UHGV virus genome: UHGV-1624389
Length of the DNA stretch: 26,134 nt
From: a virus
Strand: one strand, 5' to 3'
The notes beneath the pieces are model-generated. The model was not told the origin of the DNA. It saw only the letters and a list, made by a program, of their open reading frames with translations, and ran no database searches. Numbering within the stretch: position 1 is the stretch's first letter; each line of letters opens with the position of its first letter. This document shows positions 1 to 9,043 of this stretch, piece after piece. A program made the position numbers and the translations under genes.

Positions 1-763
1 CCGTAGCCTGCCCTGTCTGCCTGATATACATCGGACGGTAACGGGCAATAAATGCGTCTTCTGTGCGGGCCCGCAGCGCGGTGGTGGTGGCCTCACCGAA
101 ATCATCGTCGTTTCCGGCACGCTGCCCCGCCACCTGGTAAACAGAAAACCGCTCCCGGATACTCTTCTCCGTATCGCAGGAAAGGATGTTTTCCCCGAGT
201 ACCAGCGCGGTATGTGCCCGTGTTGAGCCAATACCGCCAATCACCAGCCTGCCGTGCGGGTCGTCGTAAGCCAGCGCCTGCTGCTGACCGAGTATTTTGT
301 TGATCACCTCGATCACCGTTTCACCGTGATCAGGCTGGACATCAGGAATAACACCCGACGGCGCACCACTGTTCACCACCTCAATGCCGAAAGGCGCAGC
401 AAGCGCCTGCGCAATCTGTACCAGCGATCGTCCGTTAAACTGTGTCGGTTTGGCTGCACAGTCAATCAGGTCAGCGGTCAGACTACGTCCGGCAATACCG
501 GTGCTGACCGAACGGGCATCGTAACGAACGGGCGTCGCCTCCACCCAGCCAGTGATCACCAGCTCATCACCAATCAGCACTTCCACTTTTGAACCGTTTT
601 TAATGCGCGGCTGAAGCGTGGTGATACCCTCATCTCCCGGCCACTGGCGGGTGATCTCCACACTGAAATCCCGCGCCAGTCGTTCAACACCGGCACCGAT
701 GCGCACCGATGTCCAGCCATTCCACTCCCGGCCATTTACCCGTAGCGTGACGTTATCGTTCAT
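1..763 (-). CDS. Phage baseplate/tail protein, Mu gpP / P2 gpD-like; N-terminal part only, 3' end runs off the window
   Basis: Minus-strand ATG at 763..761 overlaps the stop of the upstream N-like gene (ATGA). Hand translation gives MNDNVTLRVNGREWNGWTSVRIGAGVERLARDF... with no stop to position 1. Plus-strand ORFs 52-812 look like antisense artefacts. Family call is from gene order and memory only. Confidence 0.55.
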   Translation of the reverse strand, partial: MNDNVTLRVNGREWNGWTSVRIGAGVERLARDFSVEITRQWPGDEGITTLQPRIKNGSKVEVLIGDELVITGWVEATPVRYDARSVSTGIAGRSLTADLIDCAAKPTQFNGRSLVQIAQALAAPFGIEVVNSGAPSGVIPDVQPDHGETVIEVINKILGQQQALAYDDPHGRLVIGGIGSTRAHTALVLGENILSCDTEKSIRERFSVYQVAGQRAGNDDDFGEATTTALRARTEDAFIARYRPMYIRQTGQAT

Positions 764-2088
764 TGCACTGGCACCTTCAGAGGGATCACCGGCACAAAGC
801 CGGGATGCGTAATGGCATTACGCCGGATAATGTCCCCGTCACGCGCCGCGTTATCAAACCAGGTCGCCGCCAGCACCAGCGCGGGTAAAACCTCATCCGG
901 TGTGCGCTGAATGATCCGTGCAGACTGTTCAAGGCGCGTGTTGATATCCGCATTCAGATCTGCTTTCACCCGGCGCAGCGCCAGAAACAGCGCATCACTG
1001 GTTGTACGGGACAACTCCTTATCAATTGCCGTATTCAGTGTGTCGCGAATGTCGGTCAGTTCTTCCCACGTCGGCAGGTCAACCGTGTTTTTCACCGCCG
1101 GTGCATTGTTCAGTGCCGGATGCGTGACGGAAGGCCAGCAAGTGCTCTGCGCAGGTGTTGTTGCCTGCCCCACTGCGGCATTCTGCATCACCGCGGAAGT
1201 TGTTAGCGCAGGCAATCGGGTGACGGCATACGCCGCTTCGCTGATTGCGGTCGTACGAAGGGTGCTGGCAACCACGTTACGCTGCTGCGTCGCCGTGGCG
1301 GTGGTTTTACTGTCCGTTTTCCAGACGCCGCGCGGTTGCAGATCGCTGCCGAGGCTGACACCGGAAAGCGTTTTGATCATGGTGACCAGGTCGCTGGCGT
1401 TACCATAAAGGCGTTTCCCAGTACGCCACATTTTCTGCACCTGCTCAACGAAATTTTTGCCTGACGATGGCGGCGGCAGAAGTACCGAGATATCCCCCTG
1501 CAACAGCCTGGCGGCATCCGATACGGCAGAATCCACCACTTTCATCGCATCAGAAACATACCCCAGCATTATGCTGGCATTACCGATAACGTCGTTCTGC
1601 ACGAAATCCGCCACACCATCGATACTGAAACCGCTGAAGCTGTCACTGATGCAGTCATCCAGTGCAGAACAGGATGACATCAGCGTCTGCGCCGTCGCCG
1701 CACCTGATGTGGGGTAAGAGAGTTCTCCCGCTTCGACAAACTTCAGGTCAAAGCGGACAATACGCCCTTCACTCTTCGATGTGCTGACCCGAACCTCTCC
1801 GTCAACACAGACTTTCAGCTCACCGTAAGTCGGATGGACAAGCGTGCCGGGACCGGGTTTATTCAGCGCGTCAATCAGGCGATCGCGCTGGTCAAAGCAG
1901 TCATCTCCCACCACATAAGCCGTGATGGACGGGCGGAAAGTGATTTTCCCCAGGTCTTCGGTATAGGGCTTGTCGCGGTTCGGGTATTCATGTGTTTCCA
2001 CACGACGACCGGTTCCCGCACTTTCTTCTTCAACCTTAAACGGCACACCGCGAAATGACGCGTCCTGAAGTCTGTCTTTCCACGTCAT
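760..2088 (-). CDS. Phage DNA circulation protein (Mu N-like)
   Basis: 442-aa ORF starting MTWKDRLQDASFRGVPF, sitting directly downstream of the tape measure as in Mu-like tail modules. Family assignment from memory. Confidence 0.6.
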   Translation of the reverse strand: MTWKDRLQDASFRGVPFKVEEESAGTGRRVETHEYPNRDKPYTEDLGKITFRPSITAYVVGDDCFDQRDRLIDALNKPGPGTLVHPTYGELKVCVDGEVRVSTSKSEGRIVRFDLKFVEAGELSYPTSGAATAQTLMSSCSALDDCISDSFSGFSIDGVADFVQNDVIGNASIMLGYVSDAMKVVDSAVSDAARLLQGDISVLLPPPSSGKNFVEQVQKMWRTGKRLYGNASDLVTMIKTLSGVSLGSDLQPRGVWKTDSKTTATATQQRNVVASTLRTTAISEAAYAVTRLPALTTSAVMQNAAVGQATTPAQSTCWPSVTHPALNNAPAVKNTVDLPTWEELTDIRDTLNTAIDKELSRTTSDALFLALRRVKADLNADINTRLEQSARIIQRTPDEVLPALVLAATWFDNAARDGDIIRRNAITHPGFVPVIPLKVPVQ

Positions 2089-2100
2089 ATATACTCCGAA

Positions 2101-2131
2101 AATTAAAAAGCCACCTATTAGAAGGTGGCCT
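2101..2131 (-). terminator. Intrinsic terminator after the AT-rich tail-cluster insert
   Basis: Read on the minus strand: stem GCCACCT (rc of 2123-2129), 6-nt loop, AGGTGGC (rc of 2110-2116), then TTTTTAATT. It lies between the insert's stop (2150) and the N-like start (2088). Confidence 0.6.
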
Positions 2132-2149
2132 TGTAATGAATTTTATTAA

Positions 2150-2680
2150 TTAGCGAGTCAGAAACAACGAATCTTTATACTTTTGCTGTTGTTCATTTAA
2201 ATACTTAGCTGTTTCATCGCTGGCAAATGGAAATATTACCGTATTTTTAGGCATGGTAATTTCTTTTTTGTCCAGCGTCAGAGTAAACATAGGAACATAC
2301 TGAGCAGAGTAACGCACCGCAGAAACGAGCTCTAGTTTAGACTCTTCAATAACACTTAAATTATCCAGGCTAACTTTCTCTTCATCTTTTTTCTTTGACG
2401 CATTTAAAGTTTTTATTACTTTATTTAATTTCTCCTGAAAATCCTCCTTAAAGTTTTCAGGATTGCCGTCGACAACAAGAATCTGTTCACCCTGATTATC
2501 TGGAAAAATAATCTTTGCACTTATCAATTTATTTTCTTTATAAACATCACCAAGTTTTATGGCTCCTCCAGATAACTGAATAATATGTTCATCTTTAAAG
2601 GAGATGTTGCCAGAGATTATGAGAGATGAAAAAACAGCCGCTGCTCCAAGAATTACACTTGCTGTGATATAGCCTTTCAT
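2150..2680 (-). CDS. Hypothetical signal-anchored or secreted protein; AT-rich cargo gene inside the tail cluster
   Basis: 176-aa ORF with hydrophobic N-terminus MKGYITASVILGAAAVFSSLIISG and a Lys/Glu-rich remainder. Visibly AT-rich compared with flanking tail genes (not computed). Has its own AT-rich upstream spacer (2681-2771) and downstream terminator. Confidence 0.55.
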   Translation of the reverse strand: MKGYITASVILGAAAVFSSLIISGNISFKDEHIIQLSGGAIKLGDVYKENKLISAKIIFPDNQGEQILVVDGNPENFKEDFQEKLNKVIKTLNASKKKDEEKVSLDNLSVIEESKLELVSAVRYSAQYVPMFTLTLDKKEITMPKNTVIFPFASDETAKYLNEQQQKYKDSLFLTR

Positions 2681-2771
2681 TTTTCGCCTATTAACATTTT
2701 TCTAAATGTGCATTAATTCTATCACTCTATTTATGACTTACAACCAGCAATACCTGTGAGGGGAATCCTGG

Positions 2772-4604
2772 CTACCAAAATCGGGTATAGCCAACATCGT
2801 GATTTATATCAATGCCACTGGAGCGTGTTTCCGTAACCCGCATACCTGGTGGCATATTTATAAATGATACCTTGATCTCACCATCAACTTTTGGCGCAGA
2901 AGCTTTGTTAATCATGAAGGGATTCGGGCCTGTGGCATCGGAGGCGTTGTTTGACTGAGCCAGATCTACCGCCGGATAAGGTGTGTATCCCCGCGCCGGT
3001 ATTCCCGTCCCATAAGCATCATAAGCACCCGCGCCCCACTGCGCAGAGTTAATGGCATCGACCGTGTCACCGGAACTGTCGGTAAACCACTCAATAATTG
3101 GCTTCAGCTTATCCCACATATCCTGAAACCACTTAACAACCGGTCCCCAGTTTTTGATCACCATCCCCAGCGGCGACCAGGCAAAAACCTTCTTCAGAAG
3201 TTCCCAGCCAGCCTCAAAATAAGGACCAATGGTTTCCCAGAGCTTCTTGAAATAAGGTCCGACAACATCCCAGTTAGTGATAATTAATCCCGCAGCCAGA
3301 GCAATCGCCGTCGCAATCATGCCAATCGGCGTCATCGACATAATCCTGCTGACAATACTGATGGCACTGCCCACGCCCATCAATCCCAGTTTCAGAATCG
3401 CAAGACCGGCAGCAAGCCCGACGACGCCGCGAATAACCCGGGGATTTTCATCCGCAAACTTCGTGAATTTCTCCCCCAACTCCCCCAGCCACTGCGTGAT
3501 ATTTTTGGCGTCACCAGAAAATGCGCCGCCAATAGCTGCAAGACCGTTAGTTGCGGTCCCCGTCATTGCCTCCCACAGGTTGGACAGCGTACCAAGCTGA
3601 GCCTGAACACGTTTATTCAGGCTGGCCTGTTTATTCATCTTCTGCTGGATCTGATCGTAGCCATCCTTTCCTTTATCGATTAGTGCATTGACCACCTGAA
3701 GGGTTTCGGCATCATCACCAAATATTGCCTTAAGTACGCCTGTTCGCTTAACGTCGGTCAGTTTTCGCAGCTTTGCCAGTTGCCTGAACATGTTATCAAG
3801 ACCGCCAAAACTCCCTTTGCCGTCAGTAAAATCGAGCTGTACCCCGAGTTTCTGGCGGGCCATGATTTTATTGACGTCCCTGATTTTCTTAACGCTTAAT
3901 CCGGACTGGATAACTTTTCGCAGGGCGTTACCTGCCGACTCCCCGTTCATCCCCATCTGATCCATCATGACGCTGATGGGGGCAAGGCTCTGTGCAGCCT
4001 GAAGACCGTCCTTGTTCACCATCTTCAGAACAGAGCTGGTTTTAGTGAAGAAGGACAACATGTTGGTATCGTCAACGCCCAGATAAAACGCCTTCTGGAT
4101 AGTGTCGAACAGCCCCATCATGTCTTTTGACGCCGTTCCGGTAGCATCCTGCATCTTTGCGGCAAACTCGGCAGCCGCTTCCGGTGTTTTTTTCAGTTGT
4201 ACCGCAAGATAAGCTGTCGCTTTACCCACACCGCCAAGAATGTTTTCTGCCGGGATCCCCTGACGCACCAGCATCTGCATCATGTTCTGGAAATCAGCCG
4301 TTGTACCGGGTAGCTGATTACCCAGGCCAATAGCCAGTTTATTGATGTCCTGAAAGCTCTTTCCAACCTCGCCGTTCGCATCCATCATGGCGACTTTCAG
4401 CCCGGTGGCGGCGTTTTCCTGATCGGCATAAGATTTCAGGGAAAGCGTCAGACCCGCTGCCAGTCCGCCTCCAAGCGCCAGCCCACCCTGTGACGCTTCT
4501 TCCGCCTGGCGTTTAAATCCCCGGATTTTCTTTTGCATTTTCGACAGCGCGGGAGAAAGCCTGTCGACACCGGTGATCAACGCCTTAAGCTCAAATTCCG
4601 CCAT
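2772..4604 (-). CDS. Tail tape measure protein
   Basis: 610-aa ORF, Ala/Gly-rich with a hydrophobic block (LAAGLAILKLGLMGVGSAISIV), located after the tail assembly chaperone and before the N-like gene. Confidence 0.8.
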   Translation of the reverse strand: MAEFELKALITGVDRLSPALSKMQKKIRGFKRQAEEASQGGLALGGGLAAGLTLSLKSYADQENAATGLKVAMMDANGEVGKSFQDINKLAIGLGNQLPGTTADFQNMMQMLVRQGIPAENILGGVGKATAYLAVQLKKTPEAAAEFAAKMQDATGTASKDMMGLFDTIQKAFYLGVDDTNMLSFFTKTSSVLKMVNKDGLQAAQSLAPISVMMDQMGMNGESAGNALRKVIQSGLSVKKIRDVNKIMARQKLGVQLDFTDGKGSFGGLDNMFRQLAKLRKLTDVKRTGVLKAIFGDDAETLQVVNALIDKGKDGYDQIQQKMNKQASLNKRVQAQLGTLSNLWEAMTGTATNGLAAIGGAFSGDAKNITQWLGELGEKFTKFADENPRVIRGVVGLAAGLAILKLGLMGVGSAISIVSRIMSMTPIGMIATAIALAAGLIITNWDVVGPYFKKLWETIGPYFEAGWELLKKVFAWSPLGMVIKNWGPVVKWFQDMWDKLKPIIEWFTDSSGDTVDAINSAQWGAGAYDAYGTGIPARGYTPYPAVDLAQSNNASDATGPNPFMINKASAPKVDGEIKVSFINMPPGMRVTETRSSGIDINHDVGYTRFW

Positions 4605-5015
4605 GTGCGCGTTTCTCCTGCTCTATCCTGTTTGCCTGACTGACCAGCAAGGGAATTTCACTGATCGGCATATTCAGCAATTCGAAGGGATTAATGCGCC
4701 AGTAGCTGGCGCAGTCAAAGAAGCGATCAGTGAGGTATTCAGCCGTCAGGCCTGGAGGAAAAAACCAGCCACAAGCCACGCCGCTGCATTCAGGTCTGCC
4801 GGAGACATCTGGTCGACAGAGCTTTGCGGCACTTTCGCCAGCCGCACAATGTATTTCGATACAACATGCGCCAGAAGTCTGACGGACTCATCCTGATTCA
4901 TCTGGTAGGGATACCCCAGCTCGCGGACATCTTTCCCGGTGGGCTCATCAAACTCCAGTACGGAGAGTGTCTCGCCATGAGCGGTAATCGGTTTCTTTAA
5001 CTCAAGCTCTTTCAT
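4591..5015 (-). CDS. Tail assembly chaperone, -1 frameshift-extended product (GT-like)
   Basis: Minus strand reads GCT GGT TTT TTC CTC CAG GCC TGA in frame 0. The -1 frame is open from the slippery T_TTT_TTC (rc of 4758-4764) to 4591, giving ...GWFFPPGLTAEYLTDRFFDC..., and overlaps the tape-measure start at 4604. This matches the conserved chaperone frameshift of dsDNA phage tails. Confidence 0.5.
4746..5015 (-). CDS. Tail assembly chaperone, zero-frame product (G-like)
   Basis: 89-aa ORF between tail tube and tape measure. Ends ...AGFFLQA just after a TTTTTTC slippery run. Confidence 0.6.
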   Translation of the reverse strand: MKELELKKPITAHGETLSVLEFDEPTGKDVRELGYPYQMNQDESVRLLAHVVSKYIVRLAKVPQSSVDQMSPADLNAAAWLVAGFFLQA

Positions 5016-5371
5016 TACTGGTAATCCCCTTCTTCACCGTGGAACTCAAGATCAACCGTGCCTTCTTCGGCATTATGGTTCGCTTCGCCGTGCAGCCAGG
5101 CTGACGACAATACATAGACCTGACCGTTCGCCAGCTCAGCAGTGATGGTCATCTCATCAGACGAGGTGATTTTGCTCACCGGAAAATTCTTCGGCACCTT
5201 GAAGGTCCCTTTGACATAAGGCGCACGGTGAGTTTCCTTGCGGTCCACTGAACCGTCCAGGCCGATGATGTCATCATTGACCGTCCTGTTCATGGGCACC
5301 TCAATGCCGCCGGTCAGCGATAGCTGCTGACCGTCAATTTTGAAATAACAGGTTCCCCCGATACGGGCCAT
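5015..5371 (-). CDS. Contractile tail tube protein
   Basis: 118-aa ORF immediately downstream of the sheath gene (shares ATGA-type junction at 5371). Size and position are typical of myovirus tube proteins. Confidence 0.7.
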   Translation of the reverse strand: MARIGGTCYFKIDGQQLSLTGGIEVPMNRTVNDDIIGLDGSVDRKETHRAPYVKGTFKVPKNFPVSKITSSDEMTITAELANGQVYVLSSAWLHGEANHNAEEGTVDLEFHGEEGDYQ

Positions 5372-6867
5372 TATGCAGACTCCTCTGAATACTGAAGACG
5401 GAACTGGTTAACCACGGCAAAAACACGCAACTGGTTAACATAGTCAGGCGGGAACAGCGTGTTCAGGCGGTTCGGATCGCTGGCATCACGCTCCACAACC
5501 AGGTACTGCTTAAACAGTTCGTAGTTTTCCACGATCCCCGCACGCTCAAGCTGACGGTAGGTTGCCAGCAGTTCCCCTTTGATTACCGCCGGGGTGACAA
5601 TCGCCTGACCGGGACCAAAGCGGGTACCGTCGCTGGCAAGCTTGTGACGCCCGTACTTACTGGTAATGACGGATTTCAGTTTGCGCAGTACATACGCACT
5701 GGTATGCAGCGTCTCGCTGTCGAGGTAGCTGTTATCCGCAACCCCGTAAGAATTTTTCCTGTACGTGGTGACATCACGCTGAATGCGCAGCACCCCGCTT
5801 TCGACATACGCCGTTGCCACGCCATGAGACAACAGGGTCTGCTGCTCGGTCATCGTGAACCGTTTCCCCTTCGGCGCAGGCAGCATACCCACCAGCTCAC
5901 CGGTCTGCGTGGGACGTGCCGGATCGTTGCGGATAAACACCGCTGCGCGGGCGGTACGGCTTGCCGCCAGCTCGTCGGCAGGCGTCTGGGTCTCTTTTTC
6001 GTACCCCGCCAGGGTAATGTGCTGCTGGTTAAACTGGTCACCAGCGGTCACCAGTTCTGACAGCGTGCCGATCTTTGCCGTATACACATGACCGTACAGC
6101 TGACGCGCATAGCTCCAGCGACCGCTGGTATCGTTCATCTCGGTCACCAGCGTGTTAACGGAGGCCGTGTCGTTGAACGGCAGGCCGATATAATCAAACG
6201 GCTCATCCGCCATTGCAGCCACCGCGCCGGTGAGAACCGGAGCACCCGTTCCGGCGGTACCCGTCGCCACGGCAATCTGTACGCCCGCTGGCAGCACTTC
6301 GCCCCCACCAAAGCCGTAGTAATTGAGGCTGACAGGAATTTCATTCCCGCAAAGCCCCTTATGACGCGCGGTCAGTGTGACCACGCCTGCCGAAGATGAA
6401 GCCGTAAACGGCAGGGTCGGAACGGCATTGATGGCATCCTGGATACTGCTGGCAATCATCGTGACGTTATCGCCGTTAGTCACCGGTGCCTGCACGCGGG
6501 TACGTCCCACATACACATTCACCGTGCCGGTTTCGGTTGCCGCCCCGGTCACCGTCAGCGTAACCGTTGCCGCCGCGCCTGTGGATTCAGGAACGGCAAT
6601 CACATACAGCTCGCCAAACGGGTCAGTCTGGCGATAAGCCTCGACCATACGCGCCAGCTGACTTCCCGCACCACAAATCTGGCGTGCATAGTCTGCCGAC
6701 GACATCAGTACCAGACTGTTGGCAACAATCTCTGCACCGTTATTGGCATGACCAATCAGCAGCGATGCTCCGCTGTCCTGTGCAGTATTCGCCGCCTGGT
6801 TATCCATTTCCGCATAAAACAGCGGAACCAGCGTATTCGACGGAATGGTGTTAAAGCTTATCGTCAT
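5371..6867 (-). CDS. Contractile tail sheath protein
   Basis: 498-aa ORF, MTISFNTIPSNTLVPLFYAEMDN..., size and position match Mu L / P2 FI-type sheath proteins. Confidence 0.8.
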   Translation of the reverse strand: MTISFNTIPSNTLVPLFYAEMDNQAANTAQDSGASLLIGHANNGAEIVANSLVLMSSADYARQICGAGSQLARMVEAYRQTDPFGELYVIAVPESTGAAATVTLTVTGAATETGTVNVYVGRTRVQAPVTNGDNVTMIASSIQDAINAVPTLPFTASSSAGVVTLTARHKGLCGNEIPVSLNYYGFGGGEVLPAGVQIAVATGTAGTGAPVLTGAVAAMADEPFDYIGLPFNDTASVNTLVTEMNDTSGRWSYARQLYGHVYTAKIGTLSELVTAGDQFNQQHITLAGYEKETQTPADELAASRTARAAVFIRNDPARPTQTGELVGMLPAPKGKRFTMTEQQTLLSHGVATAYVESGVLRIQRDVTTYRKNSYGVADNSYLDSETLHTSAYVLRKLKSVITSKYGRHKLASDGTRFGPGQAIVTPAVIKGELLATYRQLERAGIVENYELFKQYLVVERDASDPNRLNTLFPPDYVNQLRVFAVVNQFRLQYSEESA

Positions 6868-7021
6868 CGGTGTTCACCTTTTTATTCACGCGCCGGATAT
6901 CACCCGCTGCTTCACGGCGCAGCCAGTAGTTGTTCTCGTCAACATTTCGCCCTTCGACGGGCAAAAGGTCACCGCGGGCAGGGTCAGGCACTGACCGCCC
7001 TTTAACAGGTTTCACAAACAT
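6851..7021 (-). CDS. Small conserved phage protein (Mu gp38 / DUF2635-like), absent from the ORF track
   Basis: Hand translation of minus strand from ATG 7021..7019: MFVKPVKGRSVPDPARGDLLPVEGRNVDENNYWLRREAAGDIRRVNKKVNTDDDKL, stop at 6853..6851. Overlaps the sheath start by 17 nt in another frame. Family name from memory. Confidence 0.45.
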   Translation of the reverse strand: MFVKPVKGRSVPDPARGDLLPVEGRNVDENNYWLRREAAGDIRRVNKKVNTDDDKL

Positions 7022-7029
7022 GAAGATTC

Positions 7030-7590
7030 TCAGGAAGGAAGGGTTATTTCGGTGTGATGTTCGATATCGCCGTCAGGCCCGTTACCGGGCTCGAGATAAT
7101 CAACATCAATCGCCAGCGTTTGCAGTTCATCCAGACTGTTCAGATCATCCTGCTGGCGGGTATCGTCTTCAGTCAGCTCGCTGATGACCGAAAAATCGAA
7201 CTGATAAATCAGCTCATGACGATTCAGATCCAGCAGCGTGCCGCCGTCATAGGTAATCGGGTTACCGCACGCTTCCGGGTTCCAGCCCAGCAGGGCCTTA
7301 AAGAGCATCTGCCGGACATCGTCCACCACATCATACGAGGCAAACTGACCGCGCTCATCACGCCCGTTACTCAGTATGACAACCACGGAGAAGCCCTCTT
7401 TCAGCTCCTGCCAGTAGTCGGTCTGGCTTTTGTTTTCTCCCGGAGAGTCATCACCCGGTACCACATACGCCGCCGGGAGTCTCAGCTTTCCGACCTCCGG
7501 CAGATTTTTGAACTGTGCCGCGCCTGCCACCCGGTTTTCAAAATACGGGCAGCGGGCACGCAGCGCAGCAATAACAGGCGTCAGTTTCAT
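7030..7590 (-). CDS. Hypothetical virion/tail-associated protein
   Basis: 186-aa acidic ORF between head-tail joining genes and the sheath. No motif recognised. Confidence 0.45.
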   Translation of the reverse strand: MKLTPVIAALRARCPYFENRVAGAAQFKNLPEVGKLRLPAAYVVPGDDSPGENKSQTDYWQELKEGFSVVVILSNGRDERGQFASYDVVDDVRQMLFKALLGWNPEACGNPITYDGGTLLDLNRHELIYQFDFSVISELTEDDTRQQDDLNSLDELQTLAIDVDYLEPGNGPDGDIEHHTEITLPS

Positions 7591-8093
7591 CTGTGTCGTC
7601 TCTCCGGCTTCAGTGATTTACGCAATTCCCGCGCCAGAAAATAGCGTGTCCAGCTGCGGTTCTTTTCAAGAGTTTCCACCATGAAGTTATTACGTGGAGC
7701 CAGTCGCCAGCCGCTGCCACCGGATGCACCACGATGATGACTACGACGACGTTTTGCTCCTCCCCGGACACCAAAAAACAGAAACGCCGGATAGAAGTCA
7801 CCAGAGATCATCCGGTTCCCCTTCCCGTTGCGCTGGTTAGGGGCAATGCGTGTCATAAAACCGGCTCGCTTTTTACTGGCTCTCGGCACCATATAACCAA
7901 TCGAACGAGCCAGGCGTCCGGTCTGATAACCGGGGTTTTCACCCGGTGCCGACCGCGCACGGCGCATCACCAGCCGACGGGCATCACGCATATGACGCTG
8001 CCCAATCGTGACAAACGCCCTCCGGACACGGGCGCGGTTAAAGCGCATCTCGGCGGGCTGCTGAACATCAACGTGAAAAAAGGGAGTCGCCAT
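7587..8093 (-). CDS. Putative virion morphogenesis / tail completion protein
   Basis: 168-aa strongly basic ORF (Arg-rich), overlapping neighbours by ATGA-type junctions. Position matches Mu G / HK97 gp10-like genes. Function is inferred from position. Confidence 0.45.
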   Translation of the reverse strand: MATPFFHVDVQQPAEMRFNRARVRRAFVTIGQRHMRDARRLVMRRARSAPGENPGYQTGRLARSIGYMVPRASKKRAGFMTRIAPNQRNGKGNRMISGDFYPAFLFFGVRGGAKRRRSHHRGASGGSGWRLAPRNNFMVETLEKNRSWTRYFLARELRKSLKPERRHR

Positions 8094-8478
8094 TGCTGCC
8101 TCCGTGACTCTGCCTACATTCGCCCAGCTCCGTACACTCCAGCAGCAGAAAGCGCCGCGCCCCGTTCAGATCACGCTGACGTTTCACCCGGTACACACTG
8201 TCATCACAGACCACCTCATAATCAGCAGTGATCCCCCGGCGGTAACGAATGGTGATGTAATGGGTGATGGCGTCCCCGGTCTGCGCGGTTTCCTGCCAGG
8301 TGGTGGCACTGGTCTGGATAACCTTCGCCCATGTCCGGAACGTAACCGGGTATTGAGGCTCCACGCCAAAGTTATCCGCGGGCATATCCACCCGCTGGCG
8401 GATCAGGATGCGTTTATTCAGTTCACCGGGGTCCGGCAGAATGTAGGTTGCGCTGGTCTGCGCCTGACGAATTTTCAT
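8068..8478 (-). CDS. Head-tail adaptor / head closure protein (putative)
   Basis: 136-aa ORF following the gp6-like connector gene. Assignment by gene order. Confidence 0.5.
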   Translation of the reverse strand: MKIRQAQTSATYILPDPGELNKRILIRQRVDMPADNFGVEPQYPVTFRTWAKVIQTSATTWQETAQTGDAITHYITIRYRRGITADYEVVCDDSVYRVKRQRDLNGARRFLLLECTELGECRQSHGGSNGDSLFSR

Positions 8479-8798
8479 TGCGGAAAGTACCTGTACGGGC
8501 CGACAAGCCAGCCAAAACTCTGCGGCATGTCGAGTTTCTCCACTTCCGTAACCGACGAGCGGTTTTCGTAAAAATGACTGATAAGCATCAGCATCCCCAG
8601 ACGAATATCATCCGGCAGGTGCAGCCCGTCCGGATCGCTGTCCGGAATGGTTTCATCCGGTGCATAGAGCTTCCGGTTCAGATACGTTTCCGTCCGCTTT
8701 TGTGCCGCACAGGCCAGCAGTTGCAGATGGCGGTCATCAGCATCGAAATCCTCATCCAGCCGGAGTTGGGCTTTAATCTCTTCCATTGTCAGAAGCAT
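8475..8798 (-). CDS. Head-tail connector protein (gp6-like)
   Basis: 107 aa, MLLTMEEIKAQLRLDEDFDADDRHLQLLACAAQ..., which resembles the conserved N-terminus of gp6-type connector proteins (from memory). Confidence 0.65.
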   Translation of the reverse strand: MLLTMEEIKAQLRLDEDFDADDRHLQLLACAAQKRTETYLNRKLYAPDETIPDSDPDGLHLPDDIRLGMLMLISHFYENRSSVTEVEKLDMPQSFGWLVGPYRYFPQ

Positions 8799-8800
8799 AC

Positions 8801-9001
8801 TCAGCCCTCTTTACTGGTCGTGGCTTTTTTCTCTTTTGTCGCTTTACTGCTTTTTGCACTGGTTCCGCGCTCTGCTAACCCGGCCTGAAGTGCAATCTCC
8901 TGCACCCGGGCAGGAAGCGCCCCGTCGTCATACTCACCGGCCCGAATGACCTCAACACGCATACCGTCCGGTGACCATTTCAGATCTTGTTTCAGGATCA
9001 T
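8801..9001 (-). CDS. Small hypothetical head-associated protein
   Basis: 66-aa ORF with a Lys/Ser/Thr-rich tail, directly downstream of the major capsid gene. Confidence 0.35.
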   Translation of the reverse strand: MILKQDLKWSPDGMRVEVIRAGEYDDGALPARVQEIALQAGLAERGTSAKSSKATKEKKATTSKEG

Positions 9002-9023
9002 GATTCTTCACCCGTCAGAACAG

Positions 9024-9043
9024 GGGGCGCGGTTCCGCGCCCC
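9024..9043 (-). promoter_or_regulatory. GC-rich stem-loop just 3' of the major capsid gene
   Basis: Arms GGGGCGCG (9024-9031) and CGCGCCCC (9036-9043) around loop GTTC. No U-tract follows on the coding strand, so this is not a classical terminator. Confidence 0.4.

Noticed and set aside
52-812. Plus-strand ORFs 52-303, 254-592 and 618-812
   Set aside because: Their Arg/Pro/Trp-rich translations look like antisense reads of the minus-strand baseplate gene, which runs without a stop from 763 to the window edge and overlaps the upstream stop as ATGA.
911-2058. Plus-strand ORFs inside the N-like gene (911-1408, 1457-1717, 1834-2058)
   Set aside because: Antisense to a long ORF that fits the operon, and their composition is low-complexity. 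No independent start signals seen.
7054-7644. 196-aa plus-strand ORF antisense to the 7030-7590 gene
   Set aside because: Runs against the direction of the whole morphogenesis operon. The minus-strand ORFs form a continuous chain of overlapping start/stop junctions.
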